Below, piece after piece: positions 18,902 through 28,202 of a stretch of 64,000 nt of DNA. The stretch's first letter is position 1, and every line of letters starts with the position of its first letter. The DNA comes from Parabacteroides sp. (GTDB lineage: Bacteria; Bacteroidota; Bacteroidia; Bacteroidales; Tannerellaceae). The stretch lies in the NCBI GenBank assembly GCA_022775005.1, contig JALFJR010000056.1:19151-83150 (forward strand). Reading direction: 5' to 3'. Made by a program: the position numbers and the translations under genes. The notes below the pieces were generated by a model that saw only the letters and a program-made list of their open reading frames with translations, was not told the DNA's origin and searched no databases.

Positions 18902-20404
18902 TTACTCGGAAAGGTCGATTGCGTAGTATTTCGTACGTCCGTTTGGATAGAAGCCCTTGATGAAAAGGCCTTGGTCCTCTGTGCGACCTTGCAGAATATT
19001 GTCCACAATCTTCTCGAAATCCTCAGGGGCAGAAATCTTCTGGTTATTGACGATCATGATGATGAAGCCTTTCTTAATGCCTGCACTCTGCAGTTTGCCG
19101 TTAGTTACGCCAGTCACCTCGATGCCGTAGCTAACACCTAACTTGCGTTTTTGCTCGTCGCTCAATGCCTTGAAAGCACCACCCATAATCTCTGTGCCAT
19201 CACCGCTCTTCACCACTTTCGTGCTGCCTTGAGCGTTGCGTAACTCCACGGTGTATTTCTTCGTTGAGCCGTTGCGATCAATTGTCAACTCTATCTTGTC
19301 ACCCGGGCGATATTTGCTGATCTGCTCTTGCAAAGCGCTGGCTGATTTTACTTTGACACCATTGACAGCGGTGATCACATCACCCTTCTCTACACCGGCC
19401 TCCTTGGCTGTGCTGCGCTCAGCGAAGCCACCTACGTAGGCGCCCTCAAGCGCTTTCACCTTCGCCTTATCCTCGTCGGGTGCATATTGCGGGTCTTGGA
19501 TCAATACTCCTAACACGGCACGTTGCACGGTACCAAACTCTTTCAAGTCATTGACCACCTTGCCGGCGATGCTGATAGGTACAGCGAATGAGTAGCCTGC
19601 ATAGCTACCTGTCTCCGAGTAGATAGCCGTGTTGATACCGACCAACTCACCTTTCGTATTCACCAAGGCACCTCCACTGTTGCCCGGGTTCACAGCAGCA
19701 TCAGTCTGGATGAATGACTCGATCTTGCTACGATCACCTCCCGCACCAATGTTACCACGGCTCTTGGCACTGACGATACCTGCTGTAACCGTAGAGGTAA
19801 GATTGAAGGGGTTACCTACGGCCAACACCCATTCGCCCACTTTCAGCTTCTCCGAGTCGCCAAAGGGGATAGTAGGCAGATCGTCTGCCTCAATCTTCAA
19901 CAGGGCGATATCCGTGGTCGGATCTGCACCGATCACCTTTGCCTCAAATTTACGGTTGTCGTTTAAGGTAACCTCTAACTCGTCTGCCCCTTCAATAACA
20001 TGGTTGTTGGTGATGATATAGCCATCCGTAGAGATGATCACACCTGAGCCCGCACCTACGCGCGGTTGCGGTGCACGTTGCGAGCGACCGCCAAAACCGA
20101 AGAAATACTCAAACGGATCCACATATTGTTGATCGCTGTTGCCCTTGCTGTTCTGCGTCGCCTTGATGTGCACCACACCATGTACCGCTTTCTCAGCAGC
20201 ATACGTAAAATCCGTGTTTTCAGCGGCTCCAGCATTGTAGCCCGCTAACTTATAAGGTTGTTTAAAGGTATTCTCCACGCCGGAAGAGAAGGTTGCCGTC
20301 GCTTGGTTTTGACTCATGTAATAAGTGCTTGCGCCTATGGCTACACCTGAACTGATCGCTGCTATCACGATCGCTCCCAACATGTTTTTCCAAATAGTTT
20401 TCAT
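18902..20404 (-). CDS. htrA: Periplasmic serine endoprotease HtrA/DegQ family (two PDZ domains)
   Basis: Signal-anchor N-terminus, a trypsin-like domain with NPGNSGGALVN, then two PDZ-like regions. Start moved to ATG 20404 (MKTIWKNMLG...). Confidence 0.9.
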   Translation of the reverse strand: MKTIWKNMLGAIVIAAISSGVAIGASTYYMSQNQATATFSSGVENTFKQPYKLAGYNAGAAENTDFTYAAEKAVHGVVHIKATQNSKGNSDQQYVDPFEYFFGFGGRSQRAPQPRVGAGSGVIISTDGYIITNNHVIEGADELEVTLNDNRKFEAKVIGADPTTDIALLKIEADDLPTIPFGDSEKLKVGEWVLAVGNPFNLTSTVTAGIVSAKSRGNIGAGGDRSKIESFIQTDAAVNPGNSGGALVNTKGELVGINTAIYSETGSYAGYSFAVPISIAGKVVNDLKEFGTVQRAVLGVLIQDPQYAPDEDKAKVKALEGAYVGGFAERSTAKEAGVEKGDVITAVNGVKVKSASALQEQISKYRPGDKIELTIDRNGSTKKYTVELRNAQGSTKVVKSGDGTEIMGGAFKALSDEQKRKLGVSYGIEVTGVTNGKLQSAGIKKGFIIMIVNNQKISAPEDFEKIVDNILQGRTEDQGLFIKGFYPNGRTKYYAIDLSE

Positions 20405-20659
20405 ACGCTTCAACTTTAATTCAACTTTTAAATTTAACAATTTCTTTTCGGCAAAGAAAGTGCAAAAAATGGCTGGTTAGATGCAATTCATCGCATTTTT
20501 GTACACTTTTAACGGGGATAATTCGGGACATAACTGCGCTTAACGAATACTGTGTAAGACAAAGTACCTTTTAACAGTCAATGGTGCCACATTGGCATGA
20601 TTGGCAAGCGTGTTTTTAAATTTAAGAGGGGATGGCTTTTATAATTCATATTTTGTCAT

Positions 20660-20667
20660 TACCTTTG
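20660..20667 (+). promoter_or_regulatory. -7 element TACCTTTG for RNase P RNA
   Basis: Matches TAnnTTTG 8 nt upstream of the predicted rnpB 5' end. Confidence 0.5.
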
Positions 20668-20674
20668 TCGTCAC

Positions 20675-21033
20675 GCAGCCTGCCGGTCTGCCGCTCGCTC
20701 ATTGGGCGTGAGGAAAGTCCGGGCAACGCAGAGCACCATACTTCCTAACGGGAAGCTGTCCGTAAGGGTGGAGTAGCGTAACAGAGAATGACCGCCGGTC
20801 TTTGCCGGTAAGGGTGAAAAGGCGAGGTAAGAGCTCACCGGTTTCTTAGTGATAGGAGATGCTGTACGCCTTATGGGTTGTAAGGTCATGTATATCGGCG
20901 TAGTAGGGCGGCTCGTCCGATGCCGAGGGGTAGACCGCTAAAGCTTGCCGGCAACGGTAAGACAAGATAAATGGCAGACACTTTCTTTTCCGAAAGGAGA
21001 GTAAGTACAGGACCCGGCTTACAGGTAGGCTGC
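20675..21033 (+). ncRNA. rnpB: RNase P RNA, bacterial type A
   Basis: Universal P4 strand GAGGAAAGTCCGGGC at 20710-20724 and the 3' P4 strand ACAGGACCCGGCTTAC near 21007-21022. P1 pairs GCAGCCTGCC (20675-) with GGTAGGCTGC (-21033). The RNA is followed by TTTTATA. Confidence 0.9.
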
Positions 21034-21063
21034 TTTTATATGTACCTTATTGACACATGCGAT

Positions 21064-22434
21064 ATGCCTACATGGGATTCACAACAAGAAAATGTATCGT
21101 TTGGAGAACGGATAGGTCAGTTTTTGACGTGGGTGATCCATTTCGTTACGTATGACATCTGGCGTATTACCGAAAACGAGGTTAGCGGCTTGAAGGAAAT
21201 TTATATTAACACAATCAAGACGTTAATTCTTGCTTTTCGGGGTTTTAAGGAGGAAAAATTACAGACGAAGGCATCAGCATTGACCTATAACACATTGCTT
21301 TCTATCGTTCCTATGCTGGCGGTTTTATTGGGTATTGCTAAGGGGTTTGGTTTGCAGGCGACAGTCAGGGAGGAACTGTATGACTATTTTCCAGGGCATG
21401 TGATGGAGCTGAGCAAGGCTTTCGAGTTTGTAGAGCGTTATTTAGTACAAGCACAGGGGGGAGTGATTCTGGGTGTTGGCTTGATTTTTTTGCTGTACAC
21501 AGTGGTTAATCTGATCTCTTCCATAGAGGATACATTCAACGAGATTTGGCAGATCCAGAAGTCTCGGCCTTGGTATCGCAGAGTATCTGATTACTTGGCT
21601 CTTTTCGTGATCGTACCTGTTTTGATGACGGCTTCGAGTGGTTTGTCAATCTTCATGGGAACTTTGCAATCCTCTCTTTTAGGACAGTATCTTTTCATGA
21701 CACCTGTCATGGGGCTGGTGTTGAAGATGGTTCCTTTTGTGATTACATCGTTGGTATTTACAGGACTGTACATTTTCCTTCCAAATACGAAGGTGCGTTT
21801 CTTCAATGGATTGATAGCGGGCCTGATAGCAGGGTGCGCCTTTCAGCTTTTTCAGAATTTATACATTAGTGGACAGATATGGGTGAGCAAATATAATGCG
21901 ATTTATGGTAGTTTTGCGGCTTTACCTCTGTTATTGCTTTGGCTGCAGTTATCGTGGCTGATCTGCCTTTTTGGGGCGGAAATTGCTTTTGCCTCGCAGA
22001 ATGTGCGTAAATTTAGCTTTGAGCGTGATAGCCAGCACATCAGCCGTCGCTACAAGGATTTTCTTACATTGCTAATAGCCTCGCTAATCATCAAGCGTTT
22101 TGCGGAGCAGCAGCCTCCATACACAGCCGATGAGCTCTCGACAACCTATCGCATCCCTATCCGATTGACCTCACAGATTTTGTTTCAGCTTAAAAGGTTA
22201 GGAATTATCAATGAGGTGAACTATGGGTTAGATGAACGAGTGATTCATTATCAGCCGGCTATGGATATTCATCAACTTACGGTGAGCTATCTGTTCGACA
22301 AGATGGATAGGGAGGGGTCGGAGGATTTTAAGATTGACACCGATAGATTGTTCAGCCCGGAGTGGAAAGCGCTGCTAAAAACTCGTGAGGATATGATGCG
22401 GGCAGGCGAGCATATCTTGTTGAAAGATTTATAG
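21064..22434 (+). CDS. YihY/BrkB family membrane protein
   Basis: The ...ALTYNTLLSIVPMLAVLLG... YihY-type core has several TM segments, followed by a C-terminal soluble extension. The track start 20971 lies inside rnpB, so I moved the start to ATG 21064. ATG 21040 is an alternative. Confidence 0.7.
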   Translation: MPTWDSQQENVSFGERIGQFLTWVIHFVTYDIWRITENEVSGLKEIYINTIKTLILAFRGFKEEKLQTKASALTYNTLLSIVPMLAVLLGIAKGFGLQATVREELYDYFPGHVMELSKAFEFVERYLVQAQGGVILGVGLIFLLYTVVNLISSIEDTFNEIWQIQKSRPWYRRVSDYLALFVIVPVLMTASSGLSIFMGTLQSSLLGQYLFMTPVMGLVLKMVPFVITSLVFTGLYIFLPNTKVRFFNGLIAGLIAGCAFQLFQNLYISGQIWVSKYNAIYGSFAALPLLLLWLQLSWLICLFGAEIAFASQNVRKFSFERDSQHISRRYKDFLTLLIASLIIKRFAEQQPPYTADELSTTYRIPIRLTSQILFQLKRLGIINEVNYGLDERVIHYQPAMDIHQLTVSYLFDKMDREGSEDFKIDTDRLFSPEWKALLKTREDMMRAGEHILLKDL

Positions 22435-22440
22435 ACGGAT

Positions 22441-23799
22441 ATGGAGGAAAGGAATAAAACGGATTTAACGCAAGGAGAGGTGTGGAAGGTGATCTTGCGT
22501 TTTGCTTTTCCACTGCTGGTGGGGAATCTGTTGCAGCAGTGTTATAATTTGACCGACAGCGTGATTGTGGGGCAATTTCTGGGTAAGGAGGCTTTGGCAG
22601 CAGTCTCTGCCTCTTTTTTTATTTATTTTTTTGTTATCTCGTGGGTTATAGGTATTGGCAGTGGCACGTCGGTCGTAATTTCGCAATTTTTTGGGGCAAA
22701 AGCGTATGCTAAAGTGCAGCGTGCTTTCTCCTCTTTTTTTATGTTTATGTTGGGGGCAGGAGTGTTGCTCTCGATTACCGGTATGATTTTGGCGCGTCCG
22801 TTGTTTGAGCTGACGCACACGCCGGAGGAGGTGATTCCAAAGGCTGTATCCTATTTCCGCATCTATATTGGCGGTACTTTCTTATTTGTCTGCTTCAATA
22901 GTGTAATCTCCATTTTGCGTGGAGTGGGCGAATCTGTGCGTCCTATGCTGTTTATCTTATTGACCACTGTACTCAATATTGTACTCGACCTGCTGTTTAT
23001 TGTAGTGTTCGAGTGGGGGATTGAGGGAGCAGCGAGGGCGACAGTAGTGGCTCAGGGTATCGGCATGTGTGTGGGTTTGACCTATGTTAATAATAAGCAT
23101 CCGCTTTTCTCCATCCGTAAACGAGACTTGGTGTTTGATGCTACGCTTTTTAAAGAGGGACTTCGTATCGGTTTGCCAACCAGTGTACAGCAATGTGCTA
23201 TCTCATTGGGATTGATGGCACTGTTAGGCATCGTGAATAGCTTTGGCACGGATACGCTCACGGCCTATGGGGCGGCAGGTAAGATAGATACCATTATCAA
23301 TCAGGCAATTTTGACCCTGTCAAGTGCTTTGGCTGCTTTCACGGGGCAAAATATCGGAGCAGGTCGCTTGGATCGTGTGCGTAACGGAGTTCGCTTTGCC
23401 CTGCTATTTAACCTGTTGTTTGGTGTGGCCACACTTGTAGCTATTTATTTCTTTGGAGATAGTTTGATGCGCCTTTTTACGGACGATGGAGCGGTAATCC
23501 GTATCGGAAGGGAGTATCTATTGATCATGGCTGTTTTCTTCGTGGTACATGGGGGATTGAACATCTTTAATGGGGCCTTGCGTGGGGCAGGTGATACGCT
23601 TTTCCCAATGGCGGTTAGTATCATTTGCCTTTGGTTAATCCGTATCCCGTTGGCCTATGGTTTTAGTTCACTGTGGGGACGTAGTGGAATTTGGTGGGCT
23701 ATTGGATGCAGCCTTTGCATTGGCTTGGTCATTATTTTTATCTATTATCGTTTGGGGTATTGGCTAGGAAAGTCAGCTATTAGGAAAAATGTTAAATAG
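22441..23799 (+). CDS. MATE family efflux transporter
   Basis: 452 aa, 12-TM-like. The N-terminus is typical of MatE (LTQGEVWKVILRFAFPLLVGNLLQQCYNLTDSVIVGQFLG). Confidence 0.85.
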   Translation: MEERNKTDLTQGEVWKVILRFAFPLLVGNLLQQCYNLTDSVIVGQFLGKEALAAVSASFFIYFFVISWVIGIGSGTSVVISQFFGAKAYAKVQRAFSSFFMFMLGAGVLLSITGMILARPLFELTHTPEEVIPKAVSYFRIYIGGTFLFVCFNSVISILRGVGESVRPMLFILLTTVLNIVLDLLFIVVFEWGIEGAARATVVAQGIGMCVGLTYVNNKHPLFSIRKRDLVFDATLFKEGLRIGLPTSVQQCAISLGLMALLGIVNSFGTDTLTAYGAAGKIDTIINQAILTLSSALAAFTGQNIGAGRLDRVRNGVRFALLFNLLFGVATLVAIYFFGDSLMRLFTDDGAVIRIGREYLLIMAVFFVVHGGLNIFNGALRGAGDTLFPMAVSIICLWLIRIPLAYGFSSLWGRSGIWWAIGCSLCIGLVIIFIYYRLGYWLGKSAIRKNVK

Positions 23800-23843
23800 T
23801 AACTCAACTTGTCCTGTATGGGGGTACTCTTGATAAATATGTG

Positions 23844-23851
23844 TATTTTTG
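23844..23851 (+). promoter_or_regulatory. -7 element TATTTTTG for the WbsX-like lipoprotein gene
   Basis: Matches TAnnTTTG 40 nt upstream of ATG 23891. Confidence 0.4.
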
Positions 23852-23890
23852 AGGCCGTAAATCAAAAATCTTAAAAACAGATAGTAAATC

Positions 23891-25105
23891 ATGAAAAAAT
23901 TGACAGGATTATTGGGATCGGGAGTGCTTTCACTTTGTTTGTGGTTCGCAGGGTGTAACCAGCCGATACTCACAGAATCATCTGATTGTAAGGCGAATAA
24001 ATCTGATTATTATGTGGCAGCTTATATTTGGCCCTCTTGCCATGATGATTCGTTAGCGCACGTGCATTTATGGGCCGATGGCGATGGTGAGTGGGAGGTG
24101 ATAAAGAAAGGTAATCCTCGCTTCGAGGGGCATTACCAGCCGAGGCAGCCGCTGTGGGGCTATGAGCACGACGACGATCCGAGGGTAGTCGAGCGCTGGA
24201 TTGACCAGGCCCTGAAGCATGGCGTGAATACCTTTATATATGATTGGTATTGGTTCATGGATTATCCCTATCTGGAGGAGGCGCTCGACGAGGGTTTCCT
24301 GCAGGCGAAGAATAATGAAGCGATGAATTTCTACATCATGTGGGCCAACCACACGGTGGTGCGCAACTATTGGAACTACCACCGCTATGGAGATGACCGC
24401 ACGGTCTTGTTTGACCCGAAGGTGAACTGGGATCAGTTCAAGACGATTGTTGATCGGGTGATAGATCGCTATTTTAAGCGTCCGAACTACGTGAAGATTG
24501 AGGGCTGCCCAGTGATGGCGATTTTTGACTATGGTCAGTTGGTGCAGAGCTTCGGTTCAATCGCTGAGACTCGTAAGGCGCTTGATTATTTCCGTGACAA
24601 GGCAAAGGAAGCGGGATTCCCCGGCATCCACTTCCAGATGAATCCGGGTGGCGGCTATCCGCTGAATGCCGATAATACGAAGAGCTTGAAAGAGTTGATT
24701 GATGGACTGGGGGTCAACAGTGTAGCTTTCTATAACATGGGAGGCTTCGACTGCGATTACATGAAGCATGGTGCTGATGCCATCGAGATCCGCAAGGAGT
24801 GGGATGCGGCGTTAGACATTCCCGTATTCCCGACGGTCTCTATCGGATGGGATGATACACCCCGTTTCCCGGCGAAGGGGGCACAGGATGTGACGCGTTT
24901 CCATCAGTCGCCGCAGTCATTTGCTGCCTTCTTGCAGGTGGCGAAGGAGTATGCCGACAGCCATCCGGAGCAGCCGAAGTTTGTCATGATCAACGCTTGG
25001 AACGAGTGGGTGGAGGGTAGCTATCTGTTGCCTGATCGCAAGTATGGCTTTGGTTATTTGGAGGCAGTGAAGGAGGTGATCCTTGACGGAAAATACGACA
25101 AGTGA
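23891..25105 (+). CDS. Lipoprotein with WbsX/GH99-like glycan-processing domain
   Basis: Lipoprotein signal (LWFAGC). The segment YYVAAYIWPSCH...EWEVIKKGNPRFEGHYQPRQPLWGYEHDDDP...GVNTFIYDWYWF resembles the WbsX (PF14307-type) pattern as I remember it. Function not verified. Confidence 0.45.
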   Translation: MKKLTGLLGSGVLSLCLWFAGCNQPILTESSDCKANKSDYYVAAYIWPSCHDDSLAHVHLWADGDGEWEVIKKGNPRFEGHYQPRQPLWGYEHDDDPRVVERWIDQALKHGVNTFIYDWYWFMDYPYLEEALDEGFLQAKNNEAMNFYIMWANHTVVRNYWNYHRYGDDRTVLFDPKVNWDQFKTIVDRVIDRYFKRPNYVKIEGCPVMAIFDYGQLVQSFGSIAETRKALDYFRDKAKEAGFPGIHFQMNPGGGYPLNADNTKSLKELIDGLGVNSVAFYNMGGFDCDYMKHGADAIEIRKEWDAALDIPVFPTVSIGWDDTPRFPAKGAQDVTRFHQSPQSFAAFLQVAKEYADSHPEQPKFVMINAWNEWVEGSYLLPDRKYGFGYLEAVKEVILDGKYDK

Positions 25106-25131
25106 ATCCTGAGTTTTCATTGGTATAGTTT

Positions 25132-25839
25132 ATGCGTATGCGAAGAATTAGTTTTTTGTTTGCGGTTCTGCTGGGATCCGTGATGGGCTTGCGGGGGCAG
25201 AACGTGCAGTTACACTATGACTTTGGCCATTCCGTCTATGATGAGTTATCGACCCGTCCAAAGCTGACCTCTACCGTCGAGATGTTCAAGGCAGACAAGT
25301 GGGGTAGTACCTTCTTTTTCGTCGATATGGATTATGGTGATGGTGAGGTGAAGTCGGCCTATTGGGAGATCTCTCGTGAGTTGCGTTTCTGGGAGCCTCC
25401 GTTCTCTTGGCACATCGAATATAATGGGGGTATCAAATACATCAAAGATGCCTACCTGACGGGTATCACCTACACTTGGAATAAGGCTGACTTTACGCAA
25501 GGATTCACCTTCACGCCAATGTATAAGTATTTACGAGGCAACGAATCTCCCAACAGTTTTCAGTTGACGGGTACTTGGTATATCCATTTTGGGGAGGGCA
25601 AGTTTTCGTTCACGGGCTTCGCTGATTTCTGGCGTGAGAAGCATACGGATATGTATGGCGATCCGCATGAGTGGGTTTTCCTGGCTGAGCCACAGTTCTG
25701 GGTCAACCTGAATAAGTTCAAGGGAATCTCCGAAGGTTTTAACCTGAGTGTTGGTATGGAGTGGGAAATCTCTACGAACTTTGCCGTCATGGATGGTTTC
25801 AAATGGAATCCGACGTTGGCGATGAAATGGAGCTTTTGA
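25132..25839 (+). CDS. DUF5020-type outer-membrane beta-barrel protein (Tsx-like size)
   Basis: Signal peptide, then QNVQLHYDFGH...TSTVEMFKADKWGSTFFFVDMDYG...AYWEISRELRFW, the conserved DUF5020 opening as I remember it. The protein ends in an aromatic residue (KWSF). Confidence 0.55.
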   Translation: MRMRRISFLFAVLLGSVMGLRGQNVQLHYDFGHSVYDELSTRPKLTSTVEMFKADKWGSTFFFVDMDYGDGEVKSAYWEISRELRFWEPPFSWHIEYNGGIKYIKDAYLTGITYTWNKADFTQGFTFTPMYKYLRGNESPNSFQLTGTWYIHFGEGKFSFTGFADFWREKHTDMYGDPHEWVFLAEPQFWVNLNKFKGISEGFNLSVGMEWEISTNFAVMDGFKWNPTLAMKWSF

Positions 25840-25868
25840 TTGATAAACATTTATAGATTAGTCGCAGT

Positions 25869-26432
25869 ATGAAAAGAATGGTATGTTTAGTGGCTTTGGG
25901 CTTTTTAGCACTGGCCGGATGTTCGGGAGGAACGAAGTCGAATGGAGCTGAGGCTGTCGTTTGTGACGACACTTGTCAGCATAAGCGTGGAGAGAAAGCC
26001 TGTGATGGGAGTTGCGCTCAAGGTGATCAGCAGGCTTGCTCAGGTGAATGTGGCCACCATGGACAGGTTGCGGGAGAGAACTGTCAAAGAAAGGGTGATT
26101 GCGCCTCTAAAAAAAGCACGATGTTGCTGCAATTGAACATCGTACGCAAAGTGAAGCCGGAGTGTGTTTCCGCGTTCATTGCCTCCTTCCAGAAATGCAG
26201 GCAGAGTACCTTGAAGGAGCCGGGATGTATCGATTACACCATCTATCAATCCGTAGAGGACAGCACGGTGCTTTTTATCGCGGAGACCTGGAAGAACGAG
26301 GCGGAGCATGGCAAGCATGGTGAGACTGAACATTTGAAAACCCACTTGGCGGAGATCAAGGACATGGCTGATCCCAACGCCAAGGGAAGTTTTCAAAAGA
26401 TCTATGTCTGCCCGAAGGCCAACCAGAAGTAA
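25869..26432 (+). CDS. Lipoprotein with Cys-rich linker and C-terminal ABM (antibiotic-biosynthesis-monooxygenase-like) domain
   Basis: LALAGC lipobox. Residues ~32-78 carry CDDTC, CDGSC, CSGEC and CQRKGDC. The C-terminal ~100 aa (LLQLNIVRKVKPE...FIAETWKNEAEHGKHGETEHL) look like a YgiN/ABM ferredoxin-like fold. Confidence 0.55.
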   Translation: MKRMVCLVALGFLALAGCSGGTKSNGAEAVVCDDTCQHKRGEKACDGSCAQGDQQACSGECGHHGQVAGENCQRKGDCASKKSTMLLQLNIVRKVKPECVSAFIASFQKCRQSTLKEPGCIDYTIYQSVEDSTVLFIAETWKNEAEHGKHGETEHLKTHLAEIKDMADPNAKGSFQKIYVCPKANQK

Positions 26433-26435
26433 GGC

Positions 26436-27794
26436 TTACAACAGATTGGAAGCCATTTCCGAGAGCTGGCTACGCTCACCCTTGATCAGGTTGATGTGGG
26501 CGAACAGCTCTTGGCCTTTCATCTTGTCAATCATATAAGCCAAGCCGTTGCTCTGCGCGTCGAGGTAGGGTGAGTCGATCTGCTGGATATCTCCGGTAAA
26601 GACCATCTTGGTGCCCTCTCCGGCACGGGTGATGATCGTCTTGATCTCGTGAGGCGTGAGGTTCTGCGCCTCGTCGATAATGCAGAAAGTCTCCGAGAGA
26701 CTGCGCCCACGGATAAAAGCCAAGGCCTCGATCACCAACTGATTATTCTTTTGTAAATCATCAATCTTACGAGCCTCCGCATGTCCGGGTGTGCATTGCG
26801 CCTTGATGACATTGAGGTTGTCAAACAGCGGCTGCATGTAGGGAGCCACCTTCTGTTTCTCATCGCCCGGCAAGAAGCCTAAATCCTTATTCGCCAAGGC
26901 TACGATGGGGCGGGCGAGGAGGATCTGCTTGTAAATATTCGACTGTCGGAGGGCGGACGCCAACGCAAGAAGCGTCTTTCCCGTACCCGCCTTGCCTGTC
27001 AGTCCGATCAGCTTGATATCCGGATCGTTGAGCACCTCGAAGGCAAAACTCTGCTCGGCGTTGCGAGGCTGGATGCCAAAGTTGGTGCTCTTCTCCACCC
27101 GTTTGATCTTGCCCGTGAAGGGATTGAAACGAGCCATGACGCTGTTGCGCTCGCTCTTCAAGATGAAACACTCGTTGGGCTCCAGCTTGGTGTGGATCTC
27201 CAACAGCTCGGTCTCAATGCCTTGCGGAGAGGCGTAGATCTTGTCGATCAGCTCCGGGTCGATACCCTCATAGGTCTCATGCGACCGCTCGAAAATATCG
27301 ACATTGATCACTTTGTCGTTGATGTAATCCTCCACGGGGATGCCTAACGAGCGTGCCTTCATGCGCAGGTTGACATCCTTGCTGACCAGGATGGTTTGCA
27401 TCTTCGGATGTTTCTCCGCCACGGTGAGGGCGCAAGAGAGGATGCGATGATCGGGGATGCGATTCGGGAACGTCTTGGCGATGCGCTCATGATACTCATC
27501 GCCCGTCACGATATAGAGTGTGCCTTTGTCGGGGCCTAAGGAGGCTCCTTTCAGGTGAAGATCGTTGCTGGTCAGCAGATCCAACTGGCGCACGAACTCG
27601 CGTGCGTTGTAGTTGATCTGCTCATTGCCTTTCTTGAATTTATCCAACTCCTCCAAGACTACAATCGGCAGGTAGATGTCGTTTTCTTGGAAATTCAGGA
27701 TGCAGTTCGCGTCATGCAGCATCACGTTGGTGTCGAGAATGAAATTCTTCTTGTTGGATAGTTTCGTCTGTTTTGTCTTCTCACTTTTTTTCAT
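26436..27794 (-). CDS. PhoH2-type protein (N-terminal PIN domain + PhoH ATPase)
   Basis: 452 aa with a PIN-like N-terminus (FILDTNVMLHD) and the Walker A motif GLTGKAGTGKT. The architecture is YlaK/PhoH2-like. Confidence 0.85.
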   Translation of the reverse strand: MKKSEKTKQTKLSNKKNFILDTNVMLHDANCILNFQENDIYLPIVVLEELDKFKKGNEQINYNAREFVRQLDLLTSNDLHLKGASLGPDKGTLYIVTGDEYHERIAKTFPNRIPDHRILSCALTVAEKHPKMQTILVSKDVNLRMKARSLGIPVEDYINDKVINVDIFERSHETYEGIDPELIDKIYASPQGIETELLEIHTKLEPNECFILKSERNSVMARFNPFTGKIKRVEKSTNFGIQPRNAEQSFAFEVLNDPDIKLIGLTGKAGTGKTLLALASALRQSNIYKQILLARPIVALANKDLGFLPGDEKQKVAPYMQPLFDNLNVIKAQCTPGHAEARKIDDLQKNNQLVIEALAFIRGRSLSETFCIIDEAQNLTPHEIKTIITRAGEGTKMVFTGDIQQIDSPYLDAQSNGLAYMIDKMKGQELFAHINLIKGERSQLSEMASNLL

Positions 27795-27852
27795 GGCCGT
27801 CTCATTTTAAAAGTTTGTACCTAAATAACAAGTGAGAAGAGGGAAATGTTGC

Positions 27853-28110
27853 TTACTGATTACCCATTTGCCTCAATGCCTTAGCCATCTGATCGGGGCA
27901 GGAGGTGCCTCGTCCGTGGCAGTCGATCCCTTCGAGGCGACTGATGGCGTCGTTGACACGCATCCCTTTTAATAGGGCGCACATGCCTTGGCCGTTGCCA
28001 TGGCAACCACCCACGATCTGCACTTCTTCAATCTTTCCGTCAGCTGCCTCAACAATCATTAACTTTGAGCATACGCCTTGAGGCGTATAAACGATACGTT
28101 GCTTTTCCAT
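27853..28110 (-). CDS. TSCPD-domain small protein (TIGR03905-like)
   Basis: 85 aa containing ...GGCHGNGQG...GRGTSCPDQ..., typical of this family. Confidence 0.65.
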   Translation of the reverse strand: MEKQRIVYTPQGVCSKLMIVEAADGKIEEVQIVGGCHGNGQGMCALLKGMRVNDAISRLEGIDCHGRGTSCPDQMAKALRQMGNQ

Positions 28111-28174
28111 TTCTGCTATCTTATAAGTTTAGTCCTTTTTCTTTAACGAGGCGCGAAGATATGATTTATTTCGT

Positions 28175-28182
28175 TACTTTTG
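28175..28182 (+). promoter_or_regulatory. -7 element TACTTTTG for folC
   Basis: Matches TAnnTTTG 21 nt upstream of ATG 28203. It lies inside the 5'-extended track ORF, which supports the shorter start. Confidence 0.45.
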
Positions 28183-28202
28183 TCCGTCCAAAAAAGAATA
28201 GC

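Noticed and set aside
20671-21063. ORF 20671..20889 (-) and the first 31 codons of ORF 20971..22434 (+)
   Set aside because: Both overlap the RNase P RNA gene, which has conserved P4 strands and P1 pairing. I therefore moved the YihY start downstream of the RNA.
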